From an uncultured Candidatus Poseidoniales archaeon (lineage in GTDB: Archaea; Thermoplasmatota; Poseidoniia; Poseidoniales; Poseidoniaceae), in contig CAJJCQ010000016.1 in NCBI GenBank assembly GCA_905182725.1, forward strand, positions 1 to 55,540: a DNA stretch of 55,540 bases. Direction: 5' to 3'. The notes below the pieces were generated by a model. It was not told where the DNA came from. It searched no databases and saw only the letters and a list, made by a program, of their open reading frames with translations. The position numbers were made by a program, and so were the translations under genes. This document shows positions 19,532 through 29,633 of the stretch, in pieces (the stretch's first letter is position 1; each line of letters starts with the position of its first letter).

Positions 19532-21310
19532 TCAATGGTTAAACGAATAGAAATCCCCAACACTTCGCTGTTCTCTGTCTTTTCGACTTTCCAGTTTATT
19601 GATTCTTGGGCGCTTCGAATCATGGTCTCGACGGAAGGTGATATTGACCCCTTCAAGGAAACGATTCATTCCCTCGCGAAGTTTGAATGGGCCTTCTGCT
19701 TTACCATGGATTCCACCTTCGCCTTCAAAGACGAGAAGTGAATCGCTTACGATATCAATGAAGTAGACATCGTGGTCGATGACGAATGCAGATTTTTCAT
19801 TGGCTTCCATCGTTCTTCGAATTGCCTTTGCAGCTTCCATTCGAGCGTTTGCATCGAGGTGTGCGGATGGTTCATCCAGCAGGTAAAGATCGGCATCTCT
19901 TCCAAGGCAAATGGCGATTGCAACTGCCTGACGTTCTCCACCAGAGAGTTTCTTGACTCGCTTTGGAAGGAGTTCATCTACGCCTAAAGCACGAATCACG
20001 TTGACATTGTATTCACCTACTCGCCACTTTGGACCAATCTCGCTATCAAGCCATAATTGGACACTGCAATCCATGTCAACATCAATATGCTGAGGTTTGT
20101 ATGAAACCGTTGCGTTTTCAGTGACCCATCCATCATCATAGCCGTGTTCTCCTGCTAAGATTTTAATCATGGTTGATTTTCCTGTGCCGTTTGGACCTAC
20201 GACACCTACGACTTCGGAACGATGCACTGCACCTTCACCAGTGGTAAGTTGGAACTCACCAAGTTTCTTGGAAAGTCCACCCCAAGATACGACTTCAGCA
20301 CCAAGTTCGGATACTCGGTCACTGTGGTTAAGGAACTTGATTGGTTTGTCACGAATACGGACATTTTGTTCTGGTAAGAATCCATCGAGATAGGTGTTAA
20401 TGGCTTGACGAGTTGTTCGGGCAGGAGTGAAAATTCCAAAAGCACCCTTCTTGCCGTAGACGATATGGACCAAATCCGCAAGTACGTCGAGAACTGCAAG
20501 GTCGTGTTCAATTACAATTACTCGCTTTGTCTCTGCGAGTTTTTGTATAATTCTCACAATCCGCATACGTTCGTGAATATCCAGATAAGATGAGGGTTCG
20601 TCAAAGAAATAAACATCAACATCACGTAAAAGTGTAGCACAAATAGCCATACGTTGTAATTCACCACCAGAAAGTTGCTGGACAGTTCGGTCGAGTAGAT
20701 GGTCGATTGCAAGTTCTTTGGTCATCTCTTCAAACATACCTCTTTCGTCGACGCGTGAAAGTAAATCACGAACGGTACCTTTGATTTTATGCGGCAAACG
20801 ATCTACGTTTTGGGGTTTCAAAGCCACTTTGATATCGCCTTTCTCGACTGAAATGAAGAAGTCTCTTAATTCGCCGCGTGGAAGAGATTCAATGATGTCT
20901 TCCCAGTCAGCATCTTTGTTCAGCCAGTCACCAAGGTTCGGGATCATTCGACCTGAAAGCGCATTAATTGCAGTCGATTTCCCCATACCGTTCGGTCCAA
21001 GGATTCCAACGACACTTTCCTTTGAAGGAGTCGGCAAGCGGAACAGCCGGAAACCGTTCATCGAATAGCGATGAATCATATCGGTTTCGAGTTCACTTGG
21101 TAGTTGTTCGATAATCAAAGCATCATGTGGACATTTGTTAATGCAAATACCGCAACCAATACACAGGCTTTCTGAGATGTGAGGTTTACCGGTTTTATCA
21201 TCCATAATGATGCATTCTTGTCCATTCCGAACAGGTGGGCAGAATGCTTGACATTCGTCGTTACATTTCTTTGGTTGACAATGATCTTCTTTCAGAACTG
21301 CGACTCTCAT
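19532..21310 (-). CDS. rli: Ribosome recycling ATPase ABCE1/RLI
   Basis: CQPKKC..EC..FCP and CIGCGICINKCP Fe-S domain; two ABC domains (GPNGMGKST, LSGGELQR, DEPSS; GPNGTGKST, LSGGERQ); TFRRD...RPRINK. Confidence 0.97.
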   Translation of the reverse strand: MRVAVLKEDHCQPKKCNDECQAFCPPVRNGQECIIMDDKTGKPHISESLCIGCGICINKCPHDALIIEQLPSELETDMIHRYSMNGFRLFRLPTPSKESVVGILGPNGMGKSTAINALSGRMIPNLGDWLNKDADWEDIIESLPRGELRDFFISVEKGDIKVALKPQNVDRLPHKIKGTVRDLLSRVDERGMFEEMTKELAIDHLLDRTVQQLSGGELQRMAICATLLRDVDVYFFDEPSSYLDIHERMRIVRIIQKLAETKRVIVIEHDLAVLDVLADLVHIVYGKKGAFGIFTPARTTRQAINTYLDGFLPEQNVRIRDKPIKFLNHSDRVSELGAEVVSWGGLSKKLGEFQLTTGEGAVHRSEVVGVVGPNGTGKSTMIKILAGEHGYDDGWVTENATVSYKPQHIDVDMDCSVQLWLDSEIGPKWRVGEYNVNVIRALGVDELLPKRVKKLSGGERQAVAIAICLGRDADLYLLDEPSAHLDANARMEAAKAIRRTMEANEKSAFVIDHDVYFIDIVSDSLLVFEGEGGIHGKAEGPFKLREGMNRFLEGVNITFRRDHDSKRPRINKLESRKDREQRSVGDFYSFNH

Positions 21311-21370
21311 TCATTCACCTCCTGTTTGCTTTAACGATTGCTTTTTGTTCGGACTTAAGGAACTCACGCC

Positions 21371-21421
21371 CAAAAAGCCTCAACAAACAGAGGTTTGTCC
21401 GACATTGGGCTGAACCCAATG
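21371..21421 (-). terminator. Hairpins plus T-tract downstream of rpl10e
   Basis: CATTGGG/CCCAATG inverted repeat (21403-21421), then ACAAAC-CTCT-GTTTGT hairpin and TTTTT on the minus strand. Confidence 0.35.
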
Positions 21422-21425
21422 GATT

Positions 21426-21965
21426 TCAAATGAGACCCTTGAGGTGCTCGTGCCCTTGAATCAAGCGGACTGTGCATGGCGTTGGGAACTTCATAGTTGC
21501 CTTACGCAGTGCATCTCGAGCAACGAGGTAGTGTTCAGGGTTAACTTGCAAAGAGATGACACGTTGTCCTCGCTTAACACGGGCAGCTGTACCAACGTTC
21601 TTTCCGAAAGCGCAACGCATTCCTTGAGAAACACGGTCAGCACCTGCACCAGTTGCTTGCTTGTTTTCACGAAGAATGTGGTGAGGGAAGGTGTGGACGC
21701 GAAGAGCGTAGCCTTGAGTTCCTGCAATCTTACGGATTGTAGAGTTTGAAATAACACGGGCTGCTTCAAGTGCCGTATGACGGATTTGACAGTTGTTATC
21801 AGCACGAAGTTCTATAATGACTTTGAACTGTCCTGTCTCAGCAGCAACACGGTTTCCAGCGTGGAAAGACGTGATTCTGTTGTTCGGGACACCTCCGATG
21901 TACTTACGTCGAGTGAAGGCAGGACCCTTAAGGCGGCGATACATAGATGCTGGTTTACGTGCCAT
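21426..21965 (-). CDS. rpl10e: 50S ribosomal protein L10e (uL16)
   Basis: MARKPASMYR, QIRHTALEAAR, LRENKQATGAGADRVSQGMRCAFGK. Confidence 0.96.
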   Translation of the reverse strand: MARKPASMYRRLKGPAFTRRKYIGGVPNNRITSFHAGNRVAAETGQFKVIIELRADNNCQIRHTALEAARVISNSTIRKIAGTQGYALRVHTFPHHILRENKQATGAGADRVSQGMRCAFGKNVGTAARVKRGQRVISLQVNPEHYLVARDALRKATMKFPTPCTVRLIQGHEHLKGLI

Positions 21966-22113
21966 GATACTCTCTCCAAGCACTCCTGCGACTAATATTC
22001 CCTTTATCATCTCTCCGCTTCAAGCCTCGTCGGGAGAAACAGGCATTCGATAAATGAAACTCGGCTCTTTGTTCAATAAAAGGTTTCATGTGCTCGTTTA
22101 ACATCCTGCAAGT

Positions 22114-23364
22114 ATGGCGAAGGGTTGGCGTAGTCTTCTTGAAGAAGAATCGGAACACCAGTGGGTTGCTATTACCGGCTTTTTCGTGTTTATTATCCTA
22201 GGTGCACTCCTCATACAAGGCACCTCCACACTCCCAGGAGTCAACTATTCGAACAACGGCCTGGATGCAATTGATGGTCGAGTACTGGATATAGTGTATG
22301 GAGATTCGGATACCTACACCGCCTTGATCTTAGGCGAAGATGGTGGAATGATATTCCATTACGACGATGCTGGAATAATCAACGACATCGGGGCAGACTA
22401 TGACGATGTGCTCGGGATGGCATTCATGACCGAACTCCACGATGGTAGTGTTGTCGTCTCCCCTTCAAAGAATACGCTTGAAGTACTTCATGTCAATGAT
22501 GAAAGTTCACAGCGCACCATCATCCCGCTTACAAGCAACCAAGAGACGTTTGATGTGCTCGATGTTGCTGAACAACGAAGTGGCGATTCATATCGCTGGT
22601 TAATGGTCACCGATGAGGGCAACACAACCGGCCTTCGTGGTTTTGGATCGATTAACGCACCCCTTTCATCAACTCAAGAGGCTTTTGGAAGCGCAACATT
22701 GACTGCAGCAATGGTGAATTCTGGCAATATCGGCTGGAACATGGTTGAATCTCTCGATGATGGAACCTGGATTGCCATTGGTTCAATGACCAATTCCTTT
22801 AGTATCGATGATGAAAGTCCAGCTTTACCAACAAAGCATCCCGTTATTGGATTCATTTCTTGGTCAGAAGGACCAACCTCGCCAATGCTTACCTCAATTG
22901 AGGAACTGGATAAAGGAGAAATCCATTCATTGATACGTCTCGACAACGGATCTTTACTTGCTGCAGGGACAGATTCAGCGGTTCACATCTCTAAAGATAG
23001 AACAACGACCACTGTGGACTTTTCCAGTGTTTCAGCAACACTTGATGACAACGGAGTTGTTTGGATGTTTGGAAGTCAAGGAAGCACCTCAATCGTCCGT
23101 ATGGTTGACGGCGTTGCTGAGAAAATGCCTCTAGCACAACCCCTGCCTTTGACTGTTGAAACTTCTGATGTCTCCGATGGAGTCGTATATGCACATGGCC
23201 TCAATGCAAATGGGGAACCGGCAACCTATACTGTCGACTCCCTTGCAATCGGCTCTATAGAGAGCGGGAGAGGTTTCTTGAATTTTATGTTTTTCACAGT
23301 CGCGAGTATCGTCATGGGCGTAATGATCTGGACTGCATTCAAGAGAATGTGGCAGAATAAATAA
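22114..23364 (+). CDS. Hypothetical membrane-anchored surface protein (N- and C-terminal TM, acidic beta-rich ectodomain)
   Basis: TM helices at both ends; short beta-strand/Gly-Asp turn pattern suggests a propeller. Confidence 0.65.
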   Translation: MAKGWRSLLEEESEHQWVAITGFFVFIILGALLIQGTSTLPGVNYSNNGLDAIDGRVLDIVYGDSDTYTALILGEDGGMIFHYDDAGIINDIGADYDDVLGMAFMTELHDGSVVVSPSKNTLEVLHVNDESSQRTIIPLTSNQETFDVLDVAEQRSGDSYRWLMVTDEGNTTGLRGFGSINAPLSSTQEAFGSATLTAAMVNSGNIGWNMVESLDDGTWIAIGSMTNSFSIDDESPALPTKHPVIGFISWSEGPTSPMLTSIEELDKGEIHSLIRLDNGSLLAAGTDSAVHISKDRTTTTVDFSSVSATLDDNGVVWMFGSQGSTSIVRMVDGVAEKMPLAQPLPLTVETSDVSDGVVYAHGLNANGEPATYTVDSLAIGSIESGRGFLNFMFFTVASIVMGVMIWTAFKRMWQNK

Positions 23365-23472
23365 ATCTCAATAAACGCTTGAAAACAACGGTTCTTTCCA
23401 ACCGGCGCGATAACCTTCATGTGCTCTCGGCAACGACAGTAAACTCCAGCGAGAGCAAGGAGCGTATTGAGT

Positions 23473-26127
23473 ATGACAAAAAGGGGGATGATGGACCAAT
23501 TCATGGACATCAAAAAGGAACACCCCGATACGATTCTTTTTTTCCGAATGGGCGATTTCTACGAGTTGTTTCATGAAGATGCCGTTCTTGGTTCTGAAGT
23601 CCTCGGTTTGGCATTAACTTCACGTGATAAAAAAGCGGATAAACCCATTCAAATGGCCGGTTTCCCATGGCATGGGCTTGAAGATAATATTCGCGTTATG
23701 CTAAAAGCAGGACACAAAGTTACAGTTGCTGAGCAAGAACAAGAACTGAGAGAAGGAGCAAAATTACTCGAACGTATCGTTACTCGAGTCTACACACCAG
23801 GAAGTCTGTATGAAGAATCCTTACTTGGAACCGATGAACGTTCCCTTCTGGTGTCAGTTGCCCTTGGAAAATCTGCCCTCGGAATTGGAATCGTTGACGC
23901 TTCAACTGGACAAGCATGGGCATCAAACTTGAATGGTGAAGATCGATTTGCTCGAGCATTGGATGAAATCATGCGTTGGCGACCAACTGAAATCGTAGTT
24001 TCACCTCAAGATGCAGAAGATACTGCGTTGTGTGCCCTTTTCTCCCACCTCGATAACGTCCTAATCAGTCAGCATAGAGCAAGTGAAAACAAACGAAGAA
24101 AGAGACTTGAAAAAGTACTCAAAGTCGCAGACCTCGGACATTTAGATTTAGATGACTCCCCTCTTGCTTTAGCAGCTGCTGGTTTAGCTGCCGACTATCT
24201 TGCAACCATGCATATTGCAGACGAAGTTCCACTTCGCGATATCGAAGTCATCGATGAATCTGGACATCTTGTGCTTGACCAAACCACTTTGAGAAACTTG
24301 GAATTAACTTCGACACTTGCAGGAGAGTTTGAGGGAAGTCTGCTTTCTACAATGAATGCATGTCGCAGTTCAATGGGAAGAAGATTGCTCAAAACTTGGA
24401 TTTTAAGACCACTTTGCAATCTTGAAGCAATCGGTGCTCGTCACGAAGCAGTAGGGTCACTCTCTCGTTCAGCTCGCCGTCTTGAAGGATTACGAGAAGC
24501 ACTCCGTGGACTACGAGACATGGAACGTTTAGCCACACAACTGGCCTATAACCGTTCAAATGGTCGTGACTTAATTGCCGTATGTGATGCTCTCGAACGA
24601 ATGCCAGCCATCATCAATCTTTGTAATGAAACAGAAAATCCCCTCTTAGGTCACCTTTCACATCAATTGGATGCCTTAAATGAACTTGCAGAAGATATTC
24701 GGCGTACTTTAGTCGATGAACCACCCCTCAGTATTCGTGATGGGAAACTCATCCGACCTGGACTCCATTCAGCGATTGACGAACTCCATGAAACATCAGC
24801 ATCGGGACATTCATGGTTCAGCGATTTAGAATCTAAATTACGAATTGAATTAGAAATACCTTCTCTCAAAGTGCGAATGAACCGACAGATTGGATGGTTT
24901 ATTGAAGTCACCAAACTAAATGAAGCAAGAGTTCCTGAAGAATGGCGAAGAAAGCAACAAATGACGAATGGTTCACGTTACGTCACCGAGGAACTTGCGC
25001 AAAGAGATGACCTGCTACTCACTGCAGATACCAAAGTAAAGGAACTGGAATATCGAGAATTCACATCACTGCGTGAACGGTGTCGAATACATGCACAAGA
25101 ACTGGCAAATATCGCTGGGCGAGTGGCGGCAATCGACGTCTTGCAATGTTTCGCTTCTATCGCACGTTCCCGTTCATGGACCCGACCTGAATTAACCGAC
25201 GGCCATCACCTGAAGGCTGAAGGTGCACGACATCCGACCTTGGAAATGCAATCTGGGTTTGTACCAAATGATATACAATTGCAAAAGAAACGAAACTTCT
25301 TGTTGATCACCGGACCCAACATGGGTGGTAAATCGACCTACCTTCGGACGACTGCACTGCTCACCATTCTTGCTCAAACCGGTAGTTTTGTTCCTGCTAA
25401 AAAAGCAAGAATCGGACTTGTCGACCGAATATTCACACGTGTTGGAGCAAGTGATGACCTCCGTCGTGGGCGTTCTACATTTATGATGGAAATGATTGAA
25501 GTTGCCCACATCCTCCGCAGAGCAACCCCGCAATCCCTCGTTTTACTCGATGAAATTGGACGTGGAACTTCAACATTTGACGGTTTGTCAATCGCTTGGT
25601 CTGTAACGGAAGACATCTGTAAAAGAATTGGAGCACGGACTTTATTTGCAACGCATTACCATCAATTGATTGGCCTTGAAGGCGAAGTTGACGGATTGGT
25701 CAATGTCCATGTTCAAGTTGCTCAGGCTGACGGTGAACTTCGATTCCTTCACACGGTTGCTGATGGCCCATGTGATGACTCATACGGTGTGCAAGTCGCT
25801 GCTTTAGCAGGCTTACCACGCCCTGTTGTCGAACGAGCAAGTGATCTGCTTGCTTTCCTTGAACAACAAGCTCATGGTGCTAAGGCTGGTGAATCGGGAA
25901 CTCCTTCTGCTCGCGCAGAAGGTCAATCCAGTTTAATGGGATATTTTGCCGCTGCTGCAATGACACAAAATAATGGCACGGCACAACCTGTTCCAAGCAT
26001 CAGTTCAGAAGAGAAAGAAACACTTGATTACCTTTCGAATATCGATGCCGATGAACTTTCCCCTCGTCAAGCACATGATGCCCTCTATAGACTAAAGAAA
26101 ATTCTCGGAGGTGCTCCTAATGTCTGA
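23473..26127 (+). CDS. mutS: DNA mismatch repair protein MutS (MutS1)
   Basis: FFRMGDFYELF mismatch-binding motif, ITGPNMGGKSTY, STFMMEM, DEIGRGTST, ATHYH, SYGVQVA. Confidence 0.97.
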   Translation: MTKRGMMDQFMDIKKEHPDTILFFRMGDFYELFHEDAVLGSEVLGLALTSRDKKADKPIQMAGFPWHGLEDNIRVMLKAGHKVTVAEQEQELREGAKLLERIVTRVYTPGSLYEESLLGTDERSLLVSVALGKSALGIGIVDASTGQAWASNLNGEDRFARALDEIMRWRPTEIVVSPQDAEDTALCALFSHLDNVLISQHRASENKRRKRLEKVLKVADLGHLDLDDSPLALAAAGLAADYLATMHIADEVPLRDIEVIDESGHLVLDQTTLRNLELTSTLAGEFEGSLLSTMNACRSSMGRRLLKTWILRPLCNLEAIGARHEAVGSLSRSARRLEGLREALRGLRDMERLATQLAYNRSNGRDLIAVCDALERMPAIINLCNETENPLLGHLSHQLDALNELAEDIRRTLVDEPPLSIRDGKLIRPGLHSAIDELHETSASGHSWFSDLESKLRIELEIPSLKVRMNRQIGWFIEVTKLNEARVPEEWRRKQQMTNGSRYVTEELAQRDDLLLTADTKVKELEYREFTSLRERCRIHAQELANIAGRVAAIDVLQCFASIARSRSWTRPELTDGHHLKAEGARHPTLEMQSGFVPNDIQLQKKRNFLLITGPNMGGKSTYLRTTALLTILAQTGSFVPAKKARIGLVDRIFTRVGASDDLRRGRSTFMMEMIEVAHILRRATPQSLVLLDEIGRGTSTFDGLSIAWSVTEDICKRIGARTLFATHYHQLIGLEGEVDGLVNVHVQVAQADGELRFLHTVADGPCDDSYGVQVAALAGLPRPVVERASDLLAFLEQQAHGAKAGESGTPSARAEGQSSLMGYFAAAAMTQNNGTAQPVPSISSEEKETLDYLSNIDADELSPRQAHDALYRLKKILGGAPNV

Positions 26128-28129
26128 ACCGAACCGGATTCTACAACTCGATGAAACAACCATTGGCCATATCGCGGCTGGTGAAGTCGTTGAACGACCT
26201 GCGCAAGTGGTCAAGGAATTACTTGAAAACAGCCTTGATGCTGGAGCAACACGCCTTGTGATTACTGTTGAGCGTGGCGGTTTTGACTTGATTCGAGTTG
26301 AAGATGACGGGAGTGGAATCGATGAACAAGACCTCCGTTTAGCATTGGACAGACACGCAACTTCAAAGTTGCAAAAAGCAGAGGATTTGAATTCTATCCA
26401 TACCCTCGGGTTCCGAGGTGAGGCTTTAGCAAGTATCGGCATGGTTTCGCACCTTTCAATTTCAAGTCGTCCTGCCGGAAAAGAAGGAAAATCAATTGCA
26501 ATGAAGAATGGAGAAAAGGGACTCGTAGAGCCATTCGGCATGCAAACTGGCACCCGTGTTGATGTTGAACACTTATTCCGGAATACTCCCGCTCGTCTCG
26601 CCTTCCAACGGCGACCTGCTACTGAAAACGCTCGGGTTGTTGATGTGGTTGTTGCACATGCCATGGCCCACCAGTTGACTGGATTCCGATTGGTCATCGA
26701 TGAGCGAGTTATGCTTGATATCCCTCCAGCAGAATCCATGATGGACCGGCTATTCGACCTACTCGGTGGTCAAGTCGAATCAATGCTTGAGATCACACCT
26801 CCTGAAAATGACGCTGAAGCGCCTGGCCAAGAACAGTGGAGTGGATGGATCAGTACCCCTGATATTACTCGTGGAAAAGGCGACGACATACATATTCTCA
26901 TCAACGAGAGACCTGTTGCTGCAGGGCCATTTCTTCAAGCCATACGTCGAGGTTACCGCACCCGTTTGATGCAAGGAAGGCACCCTATTGCTGTTCTTTC
27001 GCTTACATTGCCACCAGAAGAAGTCGATGTTAACGTTCATCCAACCAAACGTGAAGTTCGTCTTCGCCATTCCTGGCGTGTTTTGGAACGTCTTGAACGC
27101 GCCATTGCCCACACCCTCGAATCTGTCCCGACCCAACCTGATGCTGCGGGAGGTATTCCTGGGCTACAAGGTCTCGGCATACAGAAAGTAACTCCAATTC
27201 AAGAACATCTTTCGACTGTGAAAGCGCCTACGGTCGACCCATTGGATGCTGCTGCGGGAGCCCCAACCCTCGTACTCCCTCGAGAAACAAAAACCGAAGC
27301 CCCTCCTGCATGGGCCATTGCTGCAGGTGCACAATTGAACCTTCATGGAGTAGAAGCATCTGAACCGGATTCCACCGAAAAGATGCGACCTCAATCAACG
27401 GCTCCTGAAGCCCAAGAAACATTACCTGGATTAGATGAGAAGCCAATGGCTCCAGCATTATCACCTGCAGAACGGACACTTCACCGTCATGCAGGTTGCG
27501 GACATAGAACTTCTCCGAATGAAGAACAACCCCTTGAAGGCATCATCAATGAGTTACCGGAAATGGAACCTCTCGCCCAATTTGCAGACTCGTACATCTT
27601 AGTACAAGCTGAAGGTGAATTGTTGTTAATCGACCAACATGCACTCCACGAACGTATACGGTACGAACGTTTGCGAAACGATGACTCTCTGTGGGAGAGT
27701 CAAGCGAAACTCGAACCGATTCAATTAAACCTTGATGCCCGACAATCTGTACGAATGTCAGCAGCAGTCGAGACATTGAGTGAAGTTGGATTTTCATTAC
27801 GTGAAAATGACAATGGATGGGTGATTGACGCTGCACCTCATCTACTCGAAGGTGAAGAACTGGTTCCATTCCTACTCGACTTACTGCAAGATACTGCAGA
27901 AGATGGCGCACCACTTGAAACAGTTGACCGACGTAAAGATCACCTTGCATTCCTCAATGCATGCCGAGGTGCAGTCAAAGCAAATGAAAAGTTGACATTA
28001 CCAGAAATGCGAAGATTAGTCGATGATATGCGACGAATCACAAATCCATGGGCTTGCGTTCATGGACGCCCAACCGCGTTACGGCTTCCGTTGAATTCTC
28101 TGGACCACCATTTCGGCCGTCATGGTTAA
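26120..28129 (+). CDS. mutL: DNA mismatch repair endonuclease MutL
   Basis: IAAGEVVERPA.VVKELLENSLDAGA, TLGFRGEALASI, VDVNVHPTKREV, endonuclease motifs DQHALHERIRYE, ACRGAVK, CVHGRP; GGAGGTG RBS. Confidence 0.97.
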   Translation: MSEPNRILQLDETTIGHIAAGEVVERPAQVVKELLENSLDAGATRLVITVERGGFDLIRVEDDGSGIDEQDLRLALDRHATSKLQKAEDLNSIHTLGFRGEALASIGMVSHLSISSRPAGKEGKSIAMKNGEKGLVEPFGMQTGTRVDVEHLFRNTPARLAFQRRPATENARVVDVVVAHAMAHQLTGFRLVIDERVMLDIPPAESMMDRLFDLLGGQVESMLEITPPENDAEAPGQEQWSGWISTPDITRGKGDDIHILINERPVAAGPFLQAIRRGYRTRLMQGRHPIAVLSLTLPPEEVDVNVHPTKREVRLRHSWRVLERLERAIAHTLESVPTQPDAAGGIPGLQGLGIQKVTPIQEHLSTVKAPTVDPLDAAAGAPTLVLPRETKTEAPPAWAIAAGAQLNLHGVEASEPDSTEKMRPQSTAPEAQETLPGLDEKPMAPALSPAERTLHRHAGCGHRTSPNEEQPLEGIINELPEMEPLAQFADSYILVQAEGELLLIDQHALHERIRYERLRNDDSLWESQAKLEPIQLNLDARQSVRMSAAVETLSEVGFSLRENDNGWVIDAAPHLLEGEELVPFLLDLLQDTAEDGAPLETVDRRKDHLAFLNACRGAVKANEKLTLPEMRRLVDDMRRITNPWACVHGRPTALRLPLNSLDHHFGRHG

Positions 28130-29559
28130 TCTTCAAGCGATGGTGTTGTGGTCGCTTCAATTCCAACACCAGCATCTTGTAAGCGCTGTACAAAGGCTTC
28201 ATCGGCAACATGATGAAGAGTTTGACCAATCACTTCCCCGCCCGTTTTTGAGGCAAGGAGTACTGCTGTCATGAATAAGCGATGATCGTCGAAGGTCGGT
28301 ACAGGTTGTTGCGGCATGATTGGTCTTTGGTTACCTTTAACCTCAATCCCATCAGCGAGTAAAGTCGCTTGAATTCCAAAGTAACTGAGAACCTCAACAG
28401 TTCGAGATAAGCGGTTACTCTCTTTGTGAACAGCATGGGCTGCACCAGTAATTCTCCCTCCACATCCAAGTGAAAGCAATGCAGCAAGAGGGGGTAAGAT
28501 GTCGTTTGAATCCGTAACATCAAGCGTAACTGGGACCTTTGACCCCACACATGAAAGAATATCGCCGTCCCACTTTATGCCACATTCTATAGCAGATTCG
28601 GAGAGGATTTCATGGCCAATTGCTTGTTCAGCTCCAGGCCACCCATGCAATTCAATTTCGGCATCAAGGCAATGTGTGGCTAAGAAAGCAAACGAAGTCA
28701 TTGAAGCATCACCCGGCACAGCATAGGTTTCTTGAAGTGATGGCATCCAAGGTGAAAGCATACACTGAGAGCCATTTAATTCAACTTTTCCACCGGTCAG
28801 TTGAATCATTTCCGCAGTTAATTTCGAATGTCGATTTGAAACGCCTTTGCCGTGAAGTTTGAGTTCGACCTTCATTGGAAGTGATGCTGATGCCAACATC
28901 CATGACGAAAGTGGTTGACTTGAACGACTGATGTCAAGATCGATGCCGAGTTTAAGTTGCTCTTCTTTCCAAGGGCCGCTCAGGATTACGGGTAACCGTT
29001 CTTTTCCTTGACCAATCGAAACTTCTACTCCGGCCTGTTTGAGTGAATCCCATAGCGCTTCAGAGTCTCTTTGCCGTAATGAAAGGTCCCCATCCAACAT
29101 GATTGGCCCTTCCATGCGTGCTGCAATGCCTGCCAAGAACCGGAGAGCAGTCCCTGAATTGGCAGCATTGAGAACACTGGCTGGACGTTTGAAACCGAGT
29201 GGACCTACGCCGCTAAGCACCCACTGAACTGAATCTGGATGTGGCCCAAGGTCCATTGGGTTTGTTTGGTGAAGGAGTTGGCCTGACCGGTCATAATCTG
29301 CAAAATGAACACCCATTTGTGCCAAACTGCAACGCATTGCGCGCACATCATCCCCAGCAGAGGCAACGTTCTCTAAGGTGACTTGTTGTTGTGTTTGAGA
29401 AAACAAAGCAAGTGCCCGAATTAAGTGACTCTTTGAAGGAGGTAATTGCCATTGAACTCGGCTTGTTTCAGACCTCGGCGTGATTCGGAGAATACGGAGG
29501 TCATTACGGCGGTGATCTTTGCCAGATGAGGTCCAGCGCTTCACCCAGCCTCTCGCCAT
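28126..29559 (-). CDS. aroA: 3-phosphoshikimate 1-carboxyvinyltransferase (EPSP synthase), divergent
   Basis: LPPSKSH..RAL, NSGTALRF, SSQ, VPGDAS, KESNRL, DDHR; start uncertain. Confidence 0.82.
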   Translation of the reverse strand: MARGWVKRWTSSGKDHRRNDLRILRITPRSETSRVQWQLPPSKSHLIRALALFSQTQQQVTLENVASAGDDVRAMRCSLAQMGVHFADYDRSGQLLHQTNPMDLGPHPDSVQWVLSGVGPLGFKRPASVLNAANSGTALRFLAGIAARMEGPIMLDGDLSLRQRDSEALWDSLKQAGVEVSIGQGKERLPVILSGPWKEEQLKLGIDLDISRSSQPLSSWMLASASLPMKVELKLHGKGVSNRHSKLTAEMIQLTGGKVELNGSQCMLSPWMPSLQETYAVPGDASMTSFAFLATHCLDAEIELHGWPGAEQAIGHEILSESAIECGIKWDGDILSCVGSKVPVTLDVTDSNDILPPLAALLSLGCGGRITGAAHAVHKESNRLSRTVEVLSYFGIQATLLADGIEVKGNQRPIMPQQPVPTFDDHRLFMTAVLLASKTGGEVIGQTLHHVADEAFVQRLQDAGVGIEATTTPSLED

Positions 29560-29633
29560 GGTCCTTCCAGACTCCGAGCACCCATCAACCCTTGCAACAC
29601 AGAATAAAAAGCCCAAGCCGCATAGCCTGCACG

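Noticed and set aside
26092-26739. 215-aa antisense ORF within mutL, and other 60-160 aa nested ORFs throughout the window
   Set aside because: Shadows of well-supported genes with no recognisable motifs
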